A DNA stretch of 64,000 nt from a virus: the IMG/VR virus record IMGVR_UViG_3300036770_007621. The stretch is one strand, 5' to 3'. Numbering within the stretch: position 1 is the stretch's first letter; each line of letters begins with the position of its first letter. The notes beneath the pieces were generated by a model. It was not told the DNA's origin, searched no databases, and was given only the letters and a program-made list of their open reading frames with translations. The translations under genes were made by a program, and so were the position numbers. Positions 28,901 to 37,614 of the stretch are shown here, in pieces.

Positions 28901-30583
28901 AGTTATCTCAACAACATCTTCCTTTTTAAAAGTCTTTCGTAATTCTGCTGTTATTCTGCCACCTTTAACAACAGTCTTTGTCTCTGGCTCTAGTTCCGCA
29001 GGTGCTGCTGCCGCTGCCGGTTCTGCTGCCGCTGGTGCTGCCGCTGCTCCTGCTGCTGCTTCCGGTTCTGCTGCTTCCAGTGGAGGTGAGGGCTTCGCAG
29101 CCGCCGCAGCTTGATTATTTGTATTTTTAACTTGAGTAATTGCATCATCACTTGCCGGAGCAACAACATTTTTATTTGTATTTTGACTAGCTAATTTATT
29201 TGTAAAAAATGTTTTTAATTCTGCTAAACTTGTACTATATATTGGTCTGTTTGTATCAGATTCTGGCAAATTACTAATTTTACTTGCTAAAGAATCTAAT
29301 AAAGAAATAATGTTAGTAACTTCTTCTTGAGTATAATTACCTTCTTTATTAATTAAATCTTTAGCTTCATTTAAACTCTGTTGAATATCAGTAATATTTT
29401 GTGGAGTAACAGGTGCTTGACTTAATTGCTGCCGGACTACAGTAGCACGAGCCAACTCACTATCACTAGCACGAGCTTGAGTTACTGGGACAGTTACATT
29501 TTTACCCTCTACCTCTACTACTACCTCACCAACATTTGGTCCAGGAGCAACCACCATTCCAGTAGCAGCTTGACCATTTACAGGTAAAACAACTGTATTC
29601 CCAGGACTAACGTCAACAGGCAATTGACTTTGTAAAGCTGTTGCAGTAGCAGAGTTAGTATTTACTTTAGGAGCAGCTGGTCTAGATGCATCATCTGCAT
29701 TTTCAACCGCAGCACCTAAAGAAGCAGCACTAGGAGCCGTAGCTTGCTCTTTAGCTTCTTGCATTACCGTTTCAGGAATTTTAGTTCCTAGTACTTCTAA
29801 GATCTGACTCTTATATGTATTTAAATTTAAACTATTTAGTTTACCACTGTAAACTTGAATTGCATTTACCGTGGCATCAGCAAGTAATACATAATTAGTT
29901 ATGTGCCTTTCTGAACGATATCTAGACATCCTTACTAAATTATTTTTAATAGTATTTAAAATATTATTGGTAATAGAATATGCTTGTGTTAATACTGCGC
30001 GTAACTCTTTGGCAGCAGCTGGATTAATACTAGACCATAACTCTAACGCCGATTTGCGATCATTAAAAAATCCACTATTGAAAATATGTGAAATAAAATC
30101 AAAAAATGCCGCAGTCTTTACAAAATTATGATCACTAGCTGTAGCTTTCTTGCTATTTAAATAATTACTAACTTGCTCCGCTTGCTCTGGTGTAATGTTT
30201 CCAGCCAAAAATTGTAAATATGCCTTGTTTAAAACAGTTAAATCTTGTTCAATTTTTTTAAATGTTTGACATGTATATGCAATCTTAGAATATAATTGAT
30301 CTAAATCTGATATTACTTGCAAATATTCTAAATTGTCTAAATTCTTTTTAGCACTTCTAAGTAACTCGTCTGCTGATACGTCGCCACCAAAAGGCATCGC
30401 CACGCCAACCGTCTTGCCAAGCAAAGTTGCTCGCACCTCATTATCGTGCTCTCGCAACCTGTCCATCATATCCCTAAAAATATCTACTTCGTTCTCAATC
30501 TTGCGAGCCCCAAAATTAGTCCATTCACGAAATAAGTCAGATAAAGATCTTTTTTGTGCAACTTTGTACATTTTTAACCTCAA
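25991..30583 (-). CDS. Paralog 4 of the four-gene family (1530 aa)
   Basis: Diverged N-terminal domain (LREHDNEVRATLLGK, FVKTAA, SALELW); poly-Glu tract; shortened ESPIIVQSFLRR C-terminus. Confidence 0.8.
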   Translation of the reverse strand: MRLKMYKVAQKRSLSDLFREWTNFGARKIENEVDIFRDMMDRLREHDNEVRATLLGKTVGVAMPFGGDVSADELLRSAKKNLDNLEYLQVISDLDQLYSKIAYTCQTFKKIEQDLTVLNKAYLQFLAGNITPEQAEQVSNYLNSKKATASDHNFVKTAAFFDFISHIFNSGFFNDRKSALELWSSINPAAAKELRAVLTQAYSITNNILNTIKNNLVRMSRYRSERHITNYVLLADATVNAIQVYSGKLNSLNLNTYKSQILEVLGTKIPETVMQEAKEQATAPSAASLGAAVENADDASRPAAPKVNTNSATATALQSQLPVDVSPGNTVVLPVNGQAATGMVVAPGPNVGEVVVEVEGKNVTVPVTQARASDSELARATVVRQQLSQAPVTPQNITDIQQSLNEAKDLINKEGNYTQEEVTNIISLLDSLASKISNLPESDTNRPIYSTSLAELKTFFTNKLASQNTNKNVVAPASDDAITQVKNTNNQAAAAAKPSPPLEAAEPEAAAGAAAAPAAAEPAAAAAPAELEPETKTVVKGGRITAELRKTFKKEDVVEITGPDNRPYRYILKKEIADKTRGDWEALLLPRNTKANIFTKQIIKNITAEDEQIKAQKKIDEITSALSNNVMYGYSAKAVGRGVKSILKGLKPGPIAIVFDRNNNRYIATQERSTPPVLISKDKLKDLIDAIEYKQSVTDLNINLEHVINPLALRTIGPMFGIDTSKININKTVKFSEDKNNNNNVFLHYKNADGYDEVSPESASKDNLIQQNLFSTNTPAAPAGAGASGAGASGAGAGAGAGAGAGAGAPGGTTENKIEKRLKNASIEYIEEPDWGNGTLVKVDTAQEGDTISNRYYFNFENHPSGPGYEVVIYENDLTSKIRATPKTATPPQKQPAPSAASTKKDISSFMPDTIVQGKVAGISQDFLNFIRQQDFDDNVIASQLIGKVTNIISAVEVQVDFPFLRYVCNVSDSALENKHKYLIGRRNFSIFIQHLELLDQKTALPKYIYTKDYNVGDRITFDNTSGVIKTATAYMELYRLVSLAQAQNNNNNILTGTVTNVNRAEYNNPGSIEVRFDNIDPIFTINPKQYYLVKVIEPAAKPPVAGGEQPPLAGESPAEVGGQSPAKAVKNLDRFAIFFDSSKFTLTKYSNLNEIKNDDAIKYTPVENDEYFGFILNTTLIENENEQFARVSFTDGNRTHTITVNANDLENNKIQKVIFTSSPPTLTERDEEAPLSPEEDSPPAEQKVPPAVESVQGVTNQSQLKEILKNIKAGDTFSFEDAPIETKKINIPKLKILGTMQTQPKKIKILTFNKDKNSLNFELSLEETAKYKEKGEDEVIKSRLVTKQISGNLTTLENYLSNKDYRYEPAVSIKPSPIVETRTPAKKMTIDEKLNLLNMLIPNKFEKIQTDIENKSESEKAEYLDNILKNIVEENKKNIRKQVSEEEVEKEEVAGEEREEDQGEGEGEGPDEDLEREFLQELGLGEEEEEFEEEDEDELDYKKAFNQIKNKESPIIVQSFLRRLRLLNK
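28158..28250 (-). repeat. gcacca hexamer tandem repeat (Gly-Ala)
   Basis: Encodes GAGASGAGASGAGAGAGAGAGAGAG. Confidence 0.9.
28995..29110 (-). repeat. Ala/Pro/Glu-rich coding repeat
   Basis: EAAEPEAAAGAAAAPAAAEPAAAAAPAE linker. Confidence 0.75.
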
Positions 30584-30631
30584 AAATATAAACTATTTAT
30601 ATGTTAAACTAATAGTATCTTTTTTATTTTT

Positions 30632-33600
30632 TTATGGAGGAGGTGGCGCTTCTCCAGGTGGTGCCCCTAAATCTGGCGGAGGTCCTCCAGGTGGCGCCTC
30701 TCCAGGTAATGGTGCCCCTCCACCTGCACCCTCTTCCACCGGCTCTGGAATCTCGTCTTCCTCATCCAATGCACGCAATGTATTCAAATCCAATGCCGCC
30801 AATGCCGTCTTTTCTTTCTTGGAAATCTCTGATTGAATTGCTTCCTTGCGCATCTTGCGTACCTCATCGTCAAACTCTAATCCCAAAGAATGATACAATG
30901 TATGCAATGATGCCCGCTTCTGATCTCCCTCGCCCTGTGTCAAAGTACTTAATATGTTAATATAATCCCCTGTGTCAAACAAAGACATGTGATTCCATGT
31001 TATCTCAGGTACTATTAACTGCTTCTCTCCACCCGAATAATCATAAAAACCCTGAATCTTAGATATAGGTGCAAAAATCTTTCTCTTCAACCAACTAGAT
31101 AACATGTTCCTAAATTGCATGTACCTTTGACGTAATACATCCAATGCCACACCACCGTTGGCATATGTAGTGTCAGCTCCACCATCCATTATCACAGATG
31201 GTGCCTGTAACCCCGTATAAATCTCTTTGATCAATTGTGTTATGTCCCCAGAAATATCATAAATTCCTGCCCCATAACCCACTCTCTCTACCGTCACTCC
31301 CTCGTGCGTAAATACTTTAAAGTCCTTGTCGTATTGCGCTTCTTCAAAAATATTGCGCCACGCTTCTAAATCAGCAAAAGTAGGCTTGAACTCCGCTGAA
31401 CCTATCTTGACTAGGGTCAATGGATTTATCATATTGTCCGCTTGAGCGTATTTAGAATTGCCTTGAATCGTAATTTTCCCATTGCGTCGGGTCACAAACA
31501 ATCCAGTTGGTACCTCAAAACACCAAACTACACCATTATAGTCTTTTTCTATAATTCTGGCCCCGCCACCATTGTTATTTTTCTTTGGTAAAGAACTAAC
31601 GTTTGGCTCAACTCCATAATTTGTATCTGACCACATAACAATATATTCTGTGACAATTCTTTTATCAGATTTTGCAGCCGTACTAACACAAATATTTGGC
31701 ACATAACCTAACTTATAAACAAGCTCATATACATCGTCAGCTAATTGCTTAGAAACAGTAGAGTATCTATAATTTTTAGATCCAGTACCGTATTTACTAA
31801 ATCCTTCAGTACCATCACCTTTTACTAATGCTTCTAATAAAATAGACATTAATTCTGGTTTTAGTTCAAGTGTCCATCTAGGTAATTTTTTAAAGTGAGA
31901 AGATACTTGGTTATTTGTCCCTAACTCATTTGAAAAATGAGCAACAATATCTTTTCCATGAATTGATACGCTCCAAATTTCTTTAGGAGTCAAAGCAGAG
32001 TATCCTGTTCCTGCGGTTTTAATAAAATGATTTGCTTTTTTACCCATAAAAGTTGCAAATTTAGAAAATGCATCTTTCATATCTTGATAACAATCGCTAG
32101 AAGTTAATTGATTAACAGAAATAATTGCATCATATCTTCCGTTTTCAAAATTAGAATAAATACATCCTTCAGATGCCAAATAACCTAATACTTTTAAATA
32201 TAAGTCTGTAGGAATATTATGCCCACAAACATTAATTGATTCAGGATCATTAGTTAAATTAAAATTAGCTTTAGAGCTTAATTTGTAACCCTTCTTTTTA
32301 CTTAAAAGAGAGGATGCTGTTCTTTTCTGAAAATTACCCCATTTTCCATTAGTGCTTTCTTTTACCCACATCTTGTGGTTAGGTGTAACTAAACAGTCTA
32401 CTTTTTTACCAGTAAAATGAAGCATCTTGCCTTCGTAATGCGACATGTGCATCTCAATTGGCGCGTGATACTCTACCTGATTGTTTTGCGGATTCACACA
32501 TGCCACTTTGAACCCCTCTTTCATTGACAGTATTTTAATACTGTCTGGGCTCAAGTTTTTACTGTCTTGGTTCATATTTTTACTGTCTAGGTTCAATAAA
32601 ACGCCATTAACAAAATTTGAATTAACGTTAATATCTGAGGTAAAATGCAGTAAATCAGTGATTTTCTTGAATCCTTTGTCGGTTAGAACCTCTGTGTCTT
32701 CATCGTAACACTCCCTTAATTTATCAAATAACATAAGCTGCCTGAACACACACACAGGCAGACCGGTTCCTCTAATTTCGTATGGGCTAATTTTTCTGGC
32801 CAAGTGGGAGATATTATAATTTTCCAGCGGGATATTATCTCCACGTTTCACGGAGTCGATGATATGTTGATTTAGTTGTTTTTTCTGTTCGATATCGGCG
32901 GGTTTATTGGAGAAGATAATTTTCTTTAAATTTTCATCAGGGCGGAGCATGATGAGGGGTTCATCAGCGATGACGGTGCGTTTGACGACCATGTAGTCTG
33001 GGTTTTGGATTAGTAATCGATCCCATTTACCTTTAGTTTCATTTAATTCTGCGTAGATGAAGGATTCACCTAGTAGCCAATATTCTTGGGCTATTTGAAC
33101 GCAGATATTCATTAGATTAAGTTCTTCGATCATATCGTTGAAGAACTTTTCAATTTCTTTGTTAGGGCATTTGATGTTCATTTTGCTGATGGGGTAAGTA
33201 CTATGTAGATTGATAGCATTATGAACAAAAGGATTTAAAGCATAAAAGCTTCTGCACCAAGCATTAATAGTGGCACGGTCTCTTGGAAGATTAAGATTGC
33301 TATTAAGCCATAGAGGAGAATAGACTTCAGGAGTTTGTTTAACAGAGTCTCCATTACCTCCACGGAAGCCTCCACCTGTACCAACGACTTGACCTACTTT
33401 TTTAAAACCGATAGAAGAGACTACGTTTGAATTTTGGGTAGGAGTATAATTTTTAGATGGGGTAGCGGATCCATCACGAAAGAATCCTTGTTCTACTTCA
33501 TTGGCGAGATTATCTCTTCTAGATTGAGAGACACTTTGAGCCATGAGGGCACTGACTTGAGGGACTTGAGATTTATTTTGTAGATATTGTTCAGAATTTG

Positions 33601-33640
33601 ATGGACCTGTCCAAATCTTACCATTTTTTGAAATTGACAT
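30632..33640 (-). CDS. Portal protein, intein-containing
   Basis: Adjacent to the terminase; RKISPYEIRGTG portal-like motif; about 584 aa after intein removal; acidic/Pro-rich tail. Confidence 0.75.
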   Translation of the reverse strand: MSISKNGKIWTGPSNSEQYLQNKSQVPQVSALMAQSVSQSRRDNLANEVEQGFFRDGSATPSKNYTPTQNSNVVSSIGFKKVGQVVGTGGGFRGGNGDSVKQTPEVYSPLWLNSNLNLPRDRATINAWCRSFYALNPFVHNAINLHSTYPISKMNIKCPNKEIEKFFNDMIEELNLMNICVQIAQEYWLLGESFIYAELNETKGKWDRLLIQNPDYMVVKRTVIADEPLIMLRPDENLKKIIFSNKPADIEQKKQLNQHIIDSVKRGDNIPLENYNISHLARKISPYEIRGTGLPVCVFRQLMLFDKLRECYDEDTEVLTDKGFKKITDLLHFTSDINVNSNFVNGVLLNLDSKNMNQDSKNLSPDSIKILSMKEGFKVACVNPQNNQVEYHAPIEMHMSHYEGKMLHFTGKKVDCLVTPNHKMWVKESTNGKWGNFQKRTASSLLSKKKGYKLSSKANFNLTNDPESINVCGHNIPTDLYLKVLGYLASEGCIYSNFENGRYDAIISVNQLTSSDCYQDMKDAFSKFATFMGKKANHFIKTAGTGYSALTPKEIWSVSIHGKDIVAHFSNELGTNNQVSSHFKKLPRWTLELKPELMSILLEALVKGDGTEGFSKYGTGSKNYRYSTVSKQLADDVYELVYKLGYVPNICVSTAAKSDKRIVTEYIVMWSDTNYGVEPNVSSLPKKNNNGGGARIIEKDYNGVVWCFEVPTGLFVTRRNGKITIQGNSKYAQADNMINPLTLVKIGSAEFKPTFADLEAWRNIFEEAQYDKDFKVFTHEGVTVERVGYGAGIYDISGDITQLIKEIYTGLQAPSVIMDGGADTTYANGGVALDVLRQRYMQFRNMLSSWLKRKIFAPISKIQGFYDYSGGEKQLIVPEITWNHMSLFDTGDYINILSTLTQGEGDQKRASLHTLYHSLGLEFDDEVRKMRKEAIQSEISKKEKTALAALDLNTLRALDEEDEIPEPVEEGAGGGAPLPGEAPPGGPPPDLGAPPGEAPPPP
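31457..32710 (-). mobile_element. Intein (418 aa) with LAGLIDADG endonuclease, in the portal
   Basis: Starts CYDEDTEVLTDKGFK, ends VWCFEVPTGLFVTRRNGKITIQGN followed by Ser+1; VLGYLASEGC and LLEALVKGDGT motifs. Confidence 0.92.
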
Positions 33641-33685
33641 GAGACCTCGATTAATAGACTTATACTTTATATATACATGATAAAT

Positions 33686-33694
33686 AATATATCA
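33686..33694 (-). promoter_or_regulatory. Extended -10-like motif TGATATATT
   Basis: In the AT-rich divergent intergenic region upstream of the portal gene. Confidence 0.4.
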
Positions 33695-33774
33695 ATTTTA
33701 AAATTATTAGTTGTTAAATATAATTTAATTATGTTGGTATTTCAATAATATAGTATTTTAAAATAGGAGATAAA

Positions 33775-34299
33775 ATGGATAATTATTTAAAATTTTTAAT
33801 TGAGTTGTATGCTGATTCTAAAATAAAACAAATTAGAAAAAATAGTTTTAGGGATGAGAAGGCAGAAATTAAGTTAATGTTAGAAAATTTAGTTAATAGT
33901 TGGTTTGATAAAAATTATGATGAATTAAAAAGCAGTATTAATTTTGATAAATTAGAAAAAATTATTGATAAGGATGCTTACATTCAAAATCTTATTGATC
34001 CTGGATTGAGGTTAGAGGCTCGCAGGAAATTATTTTTAATAAAGCGATTAGCCGATTACAGGGGTGAGAGGTGGTATGAGGAGGAGTCGGTAGATAGTCC
34101 TAGGACATATACAAATGTGGGAAAAGCTATTTCAGGATTATTGATGGCGGTAACTTCTCTTGGGGAGGATAGGGTATTTAGTATGGTATCTCCTTTAGTT
34201 AGAGAGATTGAGAATTTAGATACTCCTACAAAGGCTGCTATTTGGGTAGCTCCAACGATACTTGGCATGATGATTGATGCTTTCAAAAGATTAAAGTGA
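33775..34299 (+). CDS. Hypothetical protein (174 aa), antisense to the cluster
   Basis: AGGAG SD before the ATG; no overlapping long minus-strand ORF. Confidence 0.75.
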   Translation: MDNYLKFLIELYADSKIKQIRKNSFRDEKAEIKLMLENLVNSWFDKNYDELKSSINFDKLEKIIDKDAYIQNLIDPGLRLEARRKLFLIKRLADYRGERWYEEESVDSPRTYTNVGKAISGLLMAVTSLGEDRVFSMVSPLVREIENLDTPTKAAIWVAPTILGMMIDAFKRLK

Positions 34300-35034
34300 G
34301 AAATATTTTAAATAATTGCAATTAAAGCATAATAGTTGAAAATTATTAGGATAATAGTTGGCATTTAGCCAAGCGTATATGTTTTTAATTTTTTTACGAT
34401 GGATGGCACCATCATTGTTAATATGATCAATGGTTAAGAACTGTAGTTTATTACATTTGCAGTTATTGCAGCAATTATTATAATGTTGATAAGCTTTTAA
34501 TTTTAAAGTAATTTGATAATTAATTTTTTGTTTATTACGGCAGAGGTTACAGGTGTACTTTTTTACATTATTGTTGGAGTGGCAGTACTTACAACATTTA
34601 TTGATTAGATAATTTTTATTAGTGATAGTTAGGGTATGTTTAGTGATTGAGTGTTGGCAATTGCAATTATAGCATAGGATTCTAATATTATTAGGTTTAT
34701 GTTTATGAACATATTTATAAAAGCTTGTACCTGAGTCTGTGGTTAAGATAGATTTTCTATGCTGTCTACCATTTTTATCAATATGATCTAGGGATAATTT
34801 TTGATAGTTTGATTCATTGCATAGTTGGCATTTACCGCCGTAGTAATCAAAGACTTGTTGTTTGATTGATGCGCGGTTGATTTTAAGAAAAGATAAATAT
34901 TGTATTTTTTTAAGTTGATATCTTTGATTATTATCTTTTTGGATGCAAGATTTGCAGATTAATTGGTTTCTTTTTTTTCTGCTGGGGAGCCAATTAAGAT
35001 TATTTAGTAATTGAGAGCATTGATTGCATTGCAT
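34291..35034 (-). CDS. HNH-type homing endonuclease with a duplicated nuclease-like motif
   Basis: LSLDHIDKNG...ILCYNCN and LTIDHINNDG...LLCFNCN; many CxxC motifs. Confidence 0.85.
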   Translation of the reverse strand: MQCNQCSQLLNNLNWLPSRKKRNQLICKSCIQKDNNQRYQLKKIQYLSFLKINRASIKQQVFDYYGGKCQLCNESNYQKLSLDHIDKNGRQHRKSILTTDSGTSFYKYVHKHKPNNIRILCYNCNCQHSITKHTLTITNKNYLINKCCKYCHSNNNVKKYTCNLCRNKQKINYQITLKLKAYQHYNNCCNNCKCNKLQFLTIDHINNDGAIHRKKIKNIYAWLNANYYPNNFQLLCFNCNYLKYFSL

Positions 35035-35036
35035 GA

Positions 35037-36896
35037 TTAAAATTTTCTAGGGATATAGCCGGTTAAGATCATTGGTTTATTTAAATCTTTTACATTTTTA
35101 TCTTTGTAAGCAGGGTTGAGATTACTAAATGCTTTAGTAATAAAAAATTTATAAGCTAAGTAAGCATTGAGCAAAGCCATAAACCCATCGTTTGGGGTAC
35201 CACCTTTTACATAGTGGATGGTAGGGTCACCACCACGGGAGATAGACGGTTTAATTTCCATACTAGCGCAGTGGTCGATGAGCCAGGCAATTTTTTCATA
35301 ATCACCGAATGGGAATTTGACCATACCTTTTTTCATTTGTTCAAACAGTTCTCCAATATAATGATCTCGTTCAAAGACTAATTCTTTAGGGTAGGCTTCT
35401 TGGTTATACTTGACGAAGTTATTTACTTTATTATGGGCTCTGGAGACGATGTATCTATCGCCATAGGTATTGTGCATAACTTCGGAGAAGTCGTTAGAGT
35501 AACCGATATCTCCGATGGCTAATTGAACGCTATATTGTCTCATTAGTTGATCGATGATACCTTTTTTGCTTTCGAAGTCATTTCTTTTAAATTTAGTAGC
35601 GAACTCAATAGATAGTAATCCTGCACCTTTGGCGGTTAGGACTACGGCAGTAGAATAAGATTGCCCGCCTTTAACTTGTTCTGGATTGGCTAATTGTTCT
35701 AGGTCTGCACGAGCGCCGTAATCGATACCTAGCACAACAATTTCTTCTTCTCCTGGAGAGATTCTAGCTCTAAATTTACGACCTGGTTCTCCGCAATTTT
35801 CTCTTATTTCTTCTACTGTAATTGGGCTACTGTCACCTTGGAAGAACTCTCCTAATACTTCATTTTGGTAAAGTCTTTCATTATTGACTGGATGTATTCC
35901 TGGTTTTTCGTTTAAGATATCTTCTTTAGTAAAGAAGGGCATGTACAATTGGTTAATATGAAAACCGATCATTTTACAATCTTCATCGGTTTCTGATTTT
36001 AGAGCAACCCATTTACCATTTTCTGCGGCTTGTCTTTTATCTTGTTCGTGCCCGCAATGAGTACATTTAACAATGTAGCTATGCAGCCAAATTTTTTCCC
36101 ATTCATCAGATCCTGGGGTATATAATGGAAAATGTTTTTTGCATTGGGAGCAGCCTAGATAATAATATTGTTGAGTAGAGCTAGCCCATCTTTTGTAGTA
36201 TCCGGATCCTTTACGACGAGGGGTTCCAAAGAATACTTGTACGCCTTTATTGCCGTATTTGGCGGTAGTTAAGATTTTTAAAGCATTACCGATGGCATGA
36301 TCTGGAGTTCTTTGACATTCGTCGATAAACATAACATCGGCGGTTCTACCGATTAAGCGATCTGCATCCATACCAGTAGATTCGATCCACAAATGGTTTC
36401 CGTTTAAAAATTGTTTAAAATGAAGTGAGTCATTGGTAGAGGAGGAGGTATCTAATAAAGCCTGCATGTAAGATTTAGGTTTTAAACCTTTTTTATCTGA
36501 TTGTTCTTCTAATTGAATAGAAGAGTTAATCATATGGCTTAATTTTGTTTTTGAGTAGGCGGCAGCTAATTCTAATTGTGGGAAAGTATGGATAATACGG
36601 ATGGGAGGTCTATTTCCTGTACCAAATAATCCACATCCCATAAAATACATTTCAAGGGCACTTGCCATGGTAGTTGCGCCTACCTGACGACCTTTGACAA
36701 TAATAACAGGTTTAGCATTAGGTTCTAAGGCTTTAATTCCGACATAACGATAAATATCAGAAAATGGTTTATAACCATTCCCATTGATTCTAAAAGGTTT
36801 ACCATCTAAAGTAAGATATTTTTCACAAAAGCTTACAGGATCAATGCTTAATAATTGTTTTTTTAATTTAATAAATAATTCGTCGTCTTTATTCAT
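35037..36896 (-). CDS. Terminase large subunit (lambda gpA-like)
   Basis: Deviant Walker A KGRQVGAT, Walker B MFIDE, GTP coupling motif, CxxC...CxxC zinc motif, nuclease GIDYG. Confidence 0.9.
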   Translation of the reverse strand: MNKDDELFIKLKKQLLSIDPVSFCEKYLTLDGKPFRINGNGYKPFSDIYRYVGIKALEPNAKPVIIVKGRQVGATTMASALEMYFMGCGLFGTGNRPPIRIIHTFPQLELAAAYSKTKLSHMINSSIQLEEQSDKKGLKPKSYMQALLDTSSSTNDSLHFKQFLNGNHLWIESTGMDADRLIGRTADVMFIDECQRTPDHAIGNALKILTTAKYGNKGVQVFFGTPRRKGSGYYKRWASSTQQYYYLGCSQCKKHFPLYTPGSDEWEKIWLHSYIVKCTHCGHEQDKRQAAENGKWVALKSETDEDCKMIGFHINQLYMPFFTKEDILNEKPGIHPVNNERLYQNEVLGEFFQGDSSPITVEEIRENCGEPGRKFRARISPGEEEIVVLGIDYGARADLEQLANPEQVKGGQSYSTAVVLTAKGAGLLSIEFATKFKRNDFESKKGIIDQLMRQYSVQLAIGDIGYSNDFSEVMHNTYGDRYIVSRAHNKVNNFVKYNQEAYPKELVFERDHYIGELFEQMKKGMVKFPFGDYEKIAWLIDHCASMEIKPSISRGGDPTIHYVKGGTPNDGFMALLNAYLAYKFFITKAFSNLNPAYKDKNVKDLNKPMILTGYIPRKF

Positions 36897-36967
36897 ATAT
36901 AAAGATATATCTAAAAAAAATAACTCATAGATATCTATGAGTTATTAAGTAAGTTTATTTAATTGTA

Positions 36968-37612
36968 TTATATTTTAGCTGGCATTAGAGCGCTAAAATA
37001 ATCGGAGTTTAGTTCATCAGAGCTTAATTGGTTATTGTCTTGTGATCTACCTAATTGCATTTCTCCTTGCATATTTGAGTTAGATGCTTTTTCTTTTAAA
37101 TTAAGTTCATTAGTTAATTTTAATAAATTTTCATCTTCCCAATATTTATCTTCTGAAACATCTTTTCGGTGAATAGATTTAATTTTTTCTAAAATAGCTG
37201 GTAAAGGCAAATTGCCCTTAGTACTAGAAATAAAGTTTTTTATTGTAATTAAGATTTGGGGTCGTTCTTTTAGGACTAACACTTGGTCTAAATGTTGTAG
37301 ATCAGATTCAGAGATAGGTCCGGCGATTTTTTTATTTGTTATTTCTTGTTCAGATTGTTTAACATTTTTTAAATAACTGGTTAATCCGCTACGCTGCATC
37401 ATATCTTCTACAGCTGCGGCTACAGAGGTATATTTAGATTTTTTGTTGATTACGGCATTGATTTGATCGAACATTGATTGATCAACTCTTCTTGGCTGTA
37501 CTGCATTTTTTTCTAAATTTTTTTCAAATTGTCTAAGCCAATAATCATCATCAATATGAGCATCTTTTTCTCTATTGATTACGGCTTGATGTCTAGAATA
37601 TCTGTTTGACAT
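36968..37612 (-). CDS. Hypothetical head-region protein
   Basis: 214 aa ORF with AAGGA SD. Confidence 0.7.
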   Translation of the reverse strand: MSNRYSRHQAVINREKDAHIDDDYWLRQFEKNLEKNAVQPRRVDQSMFDQINAVINKKSKYTSVAAAVEDMMQRSGLTSYLKNVKQSEQEITNKKIAGPISESDLQHLDQVLVLKERPQILITIKNFISSTKGNLPLPAILEKIKSIHRKDVSEDKYWEDENLLKLTNELNLKEKASNSNMQGEMQLGRSQDNNQLSSDELNSDYFSALMPAKI

Positions 37613-37614
37613 AA

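Noticed and set aside
34291-36896. Group I intron carrying the HNH gene in the terminase
   Set aside because: The terminase has all motifs and a normal end before the HNH ORF; no split exon or intron core is evident.
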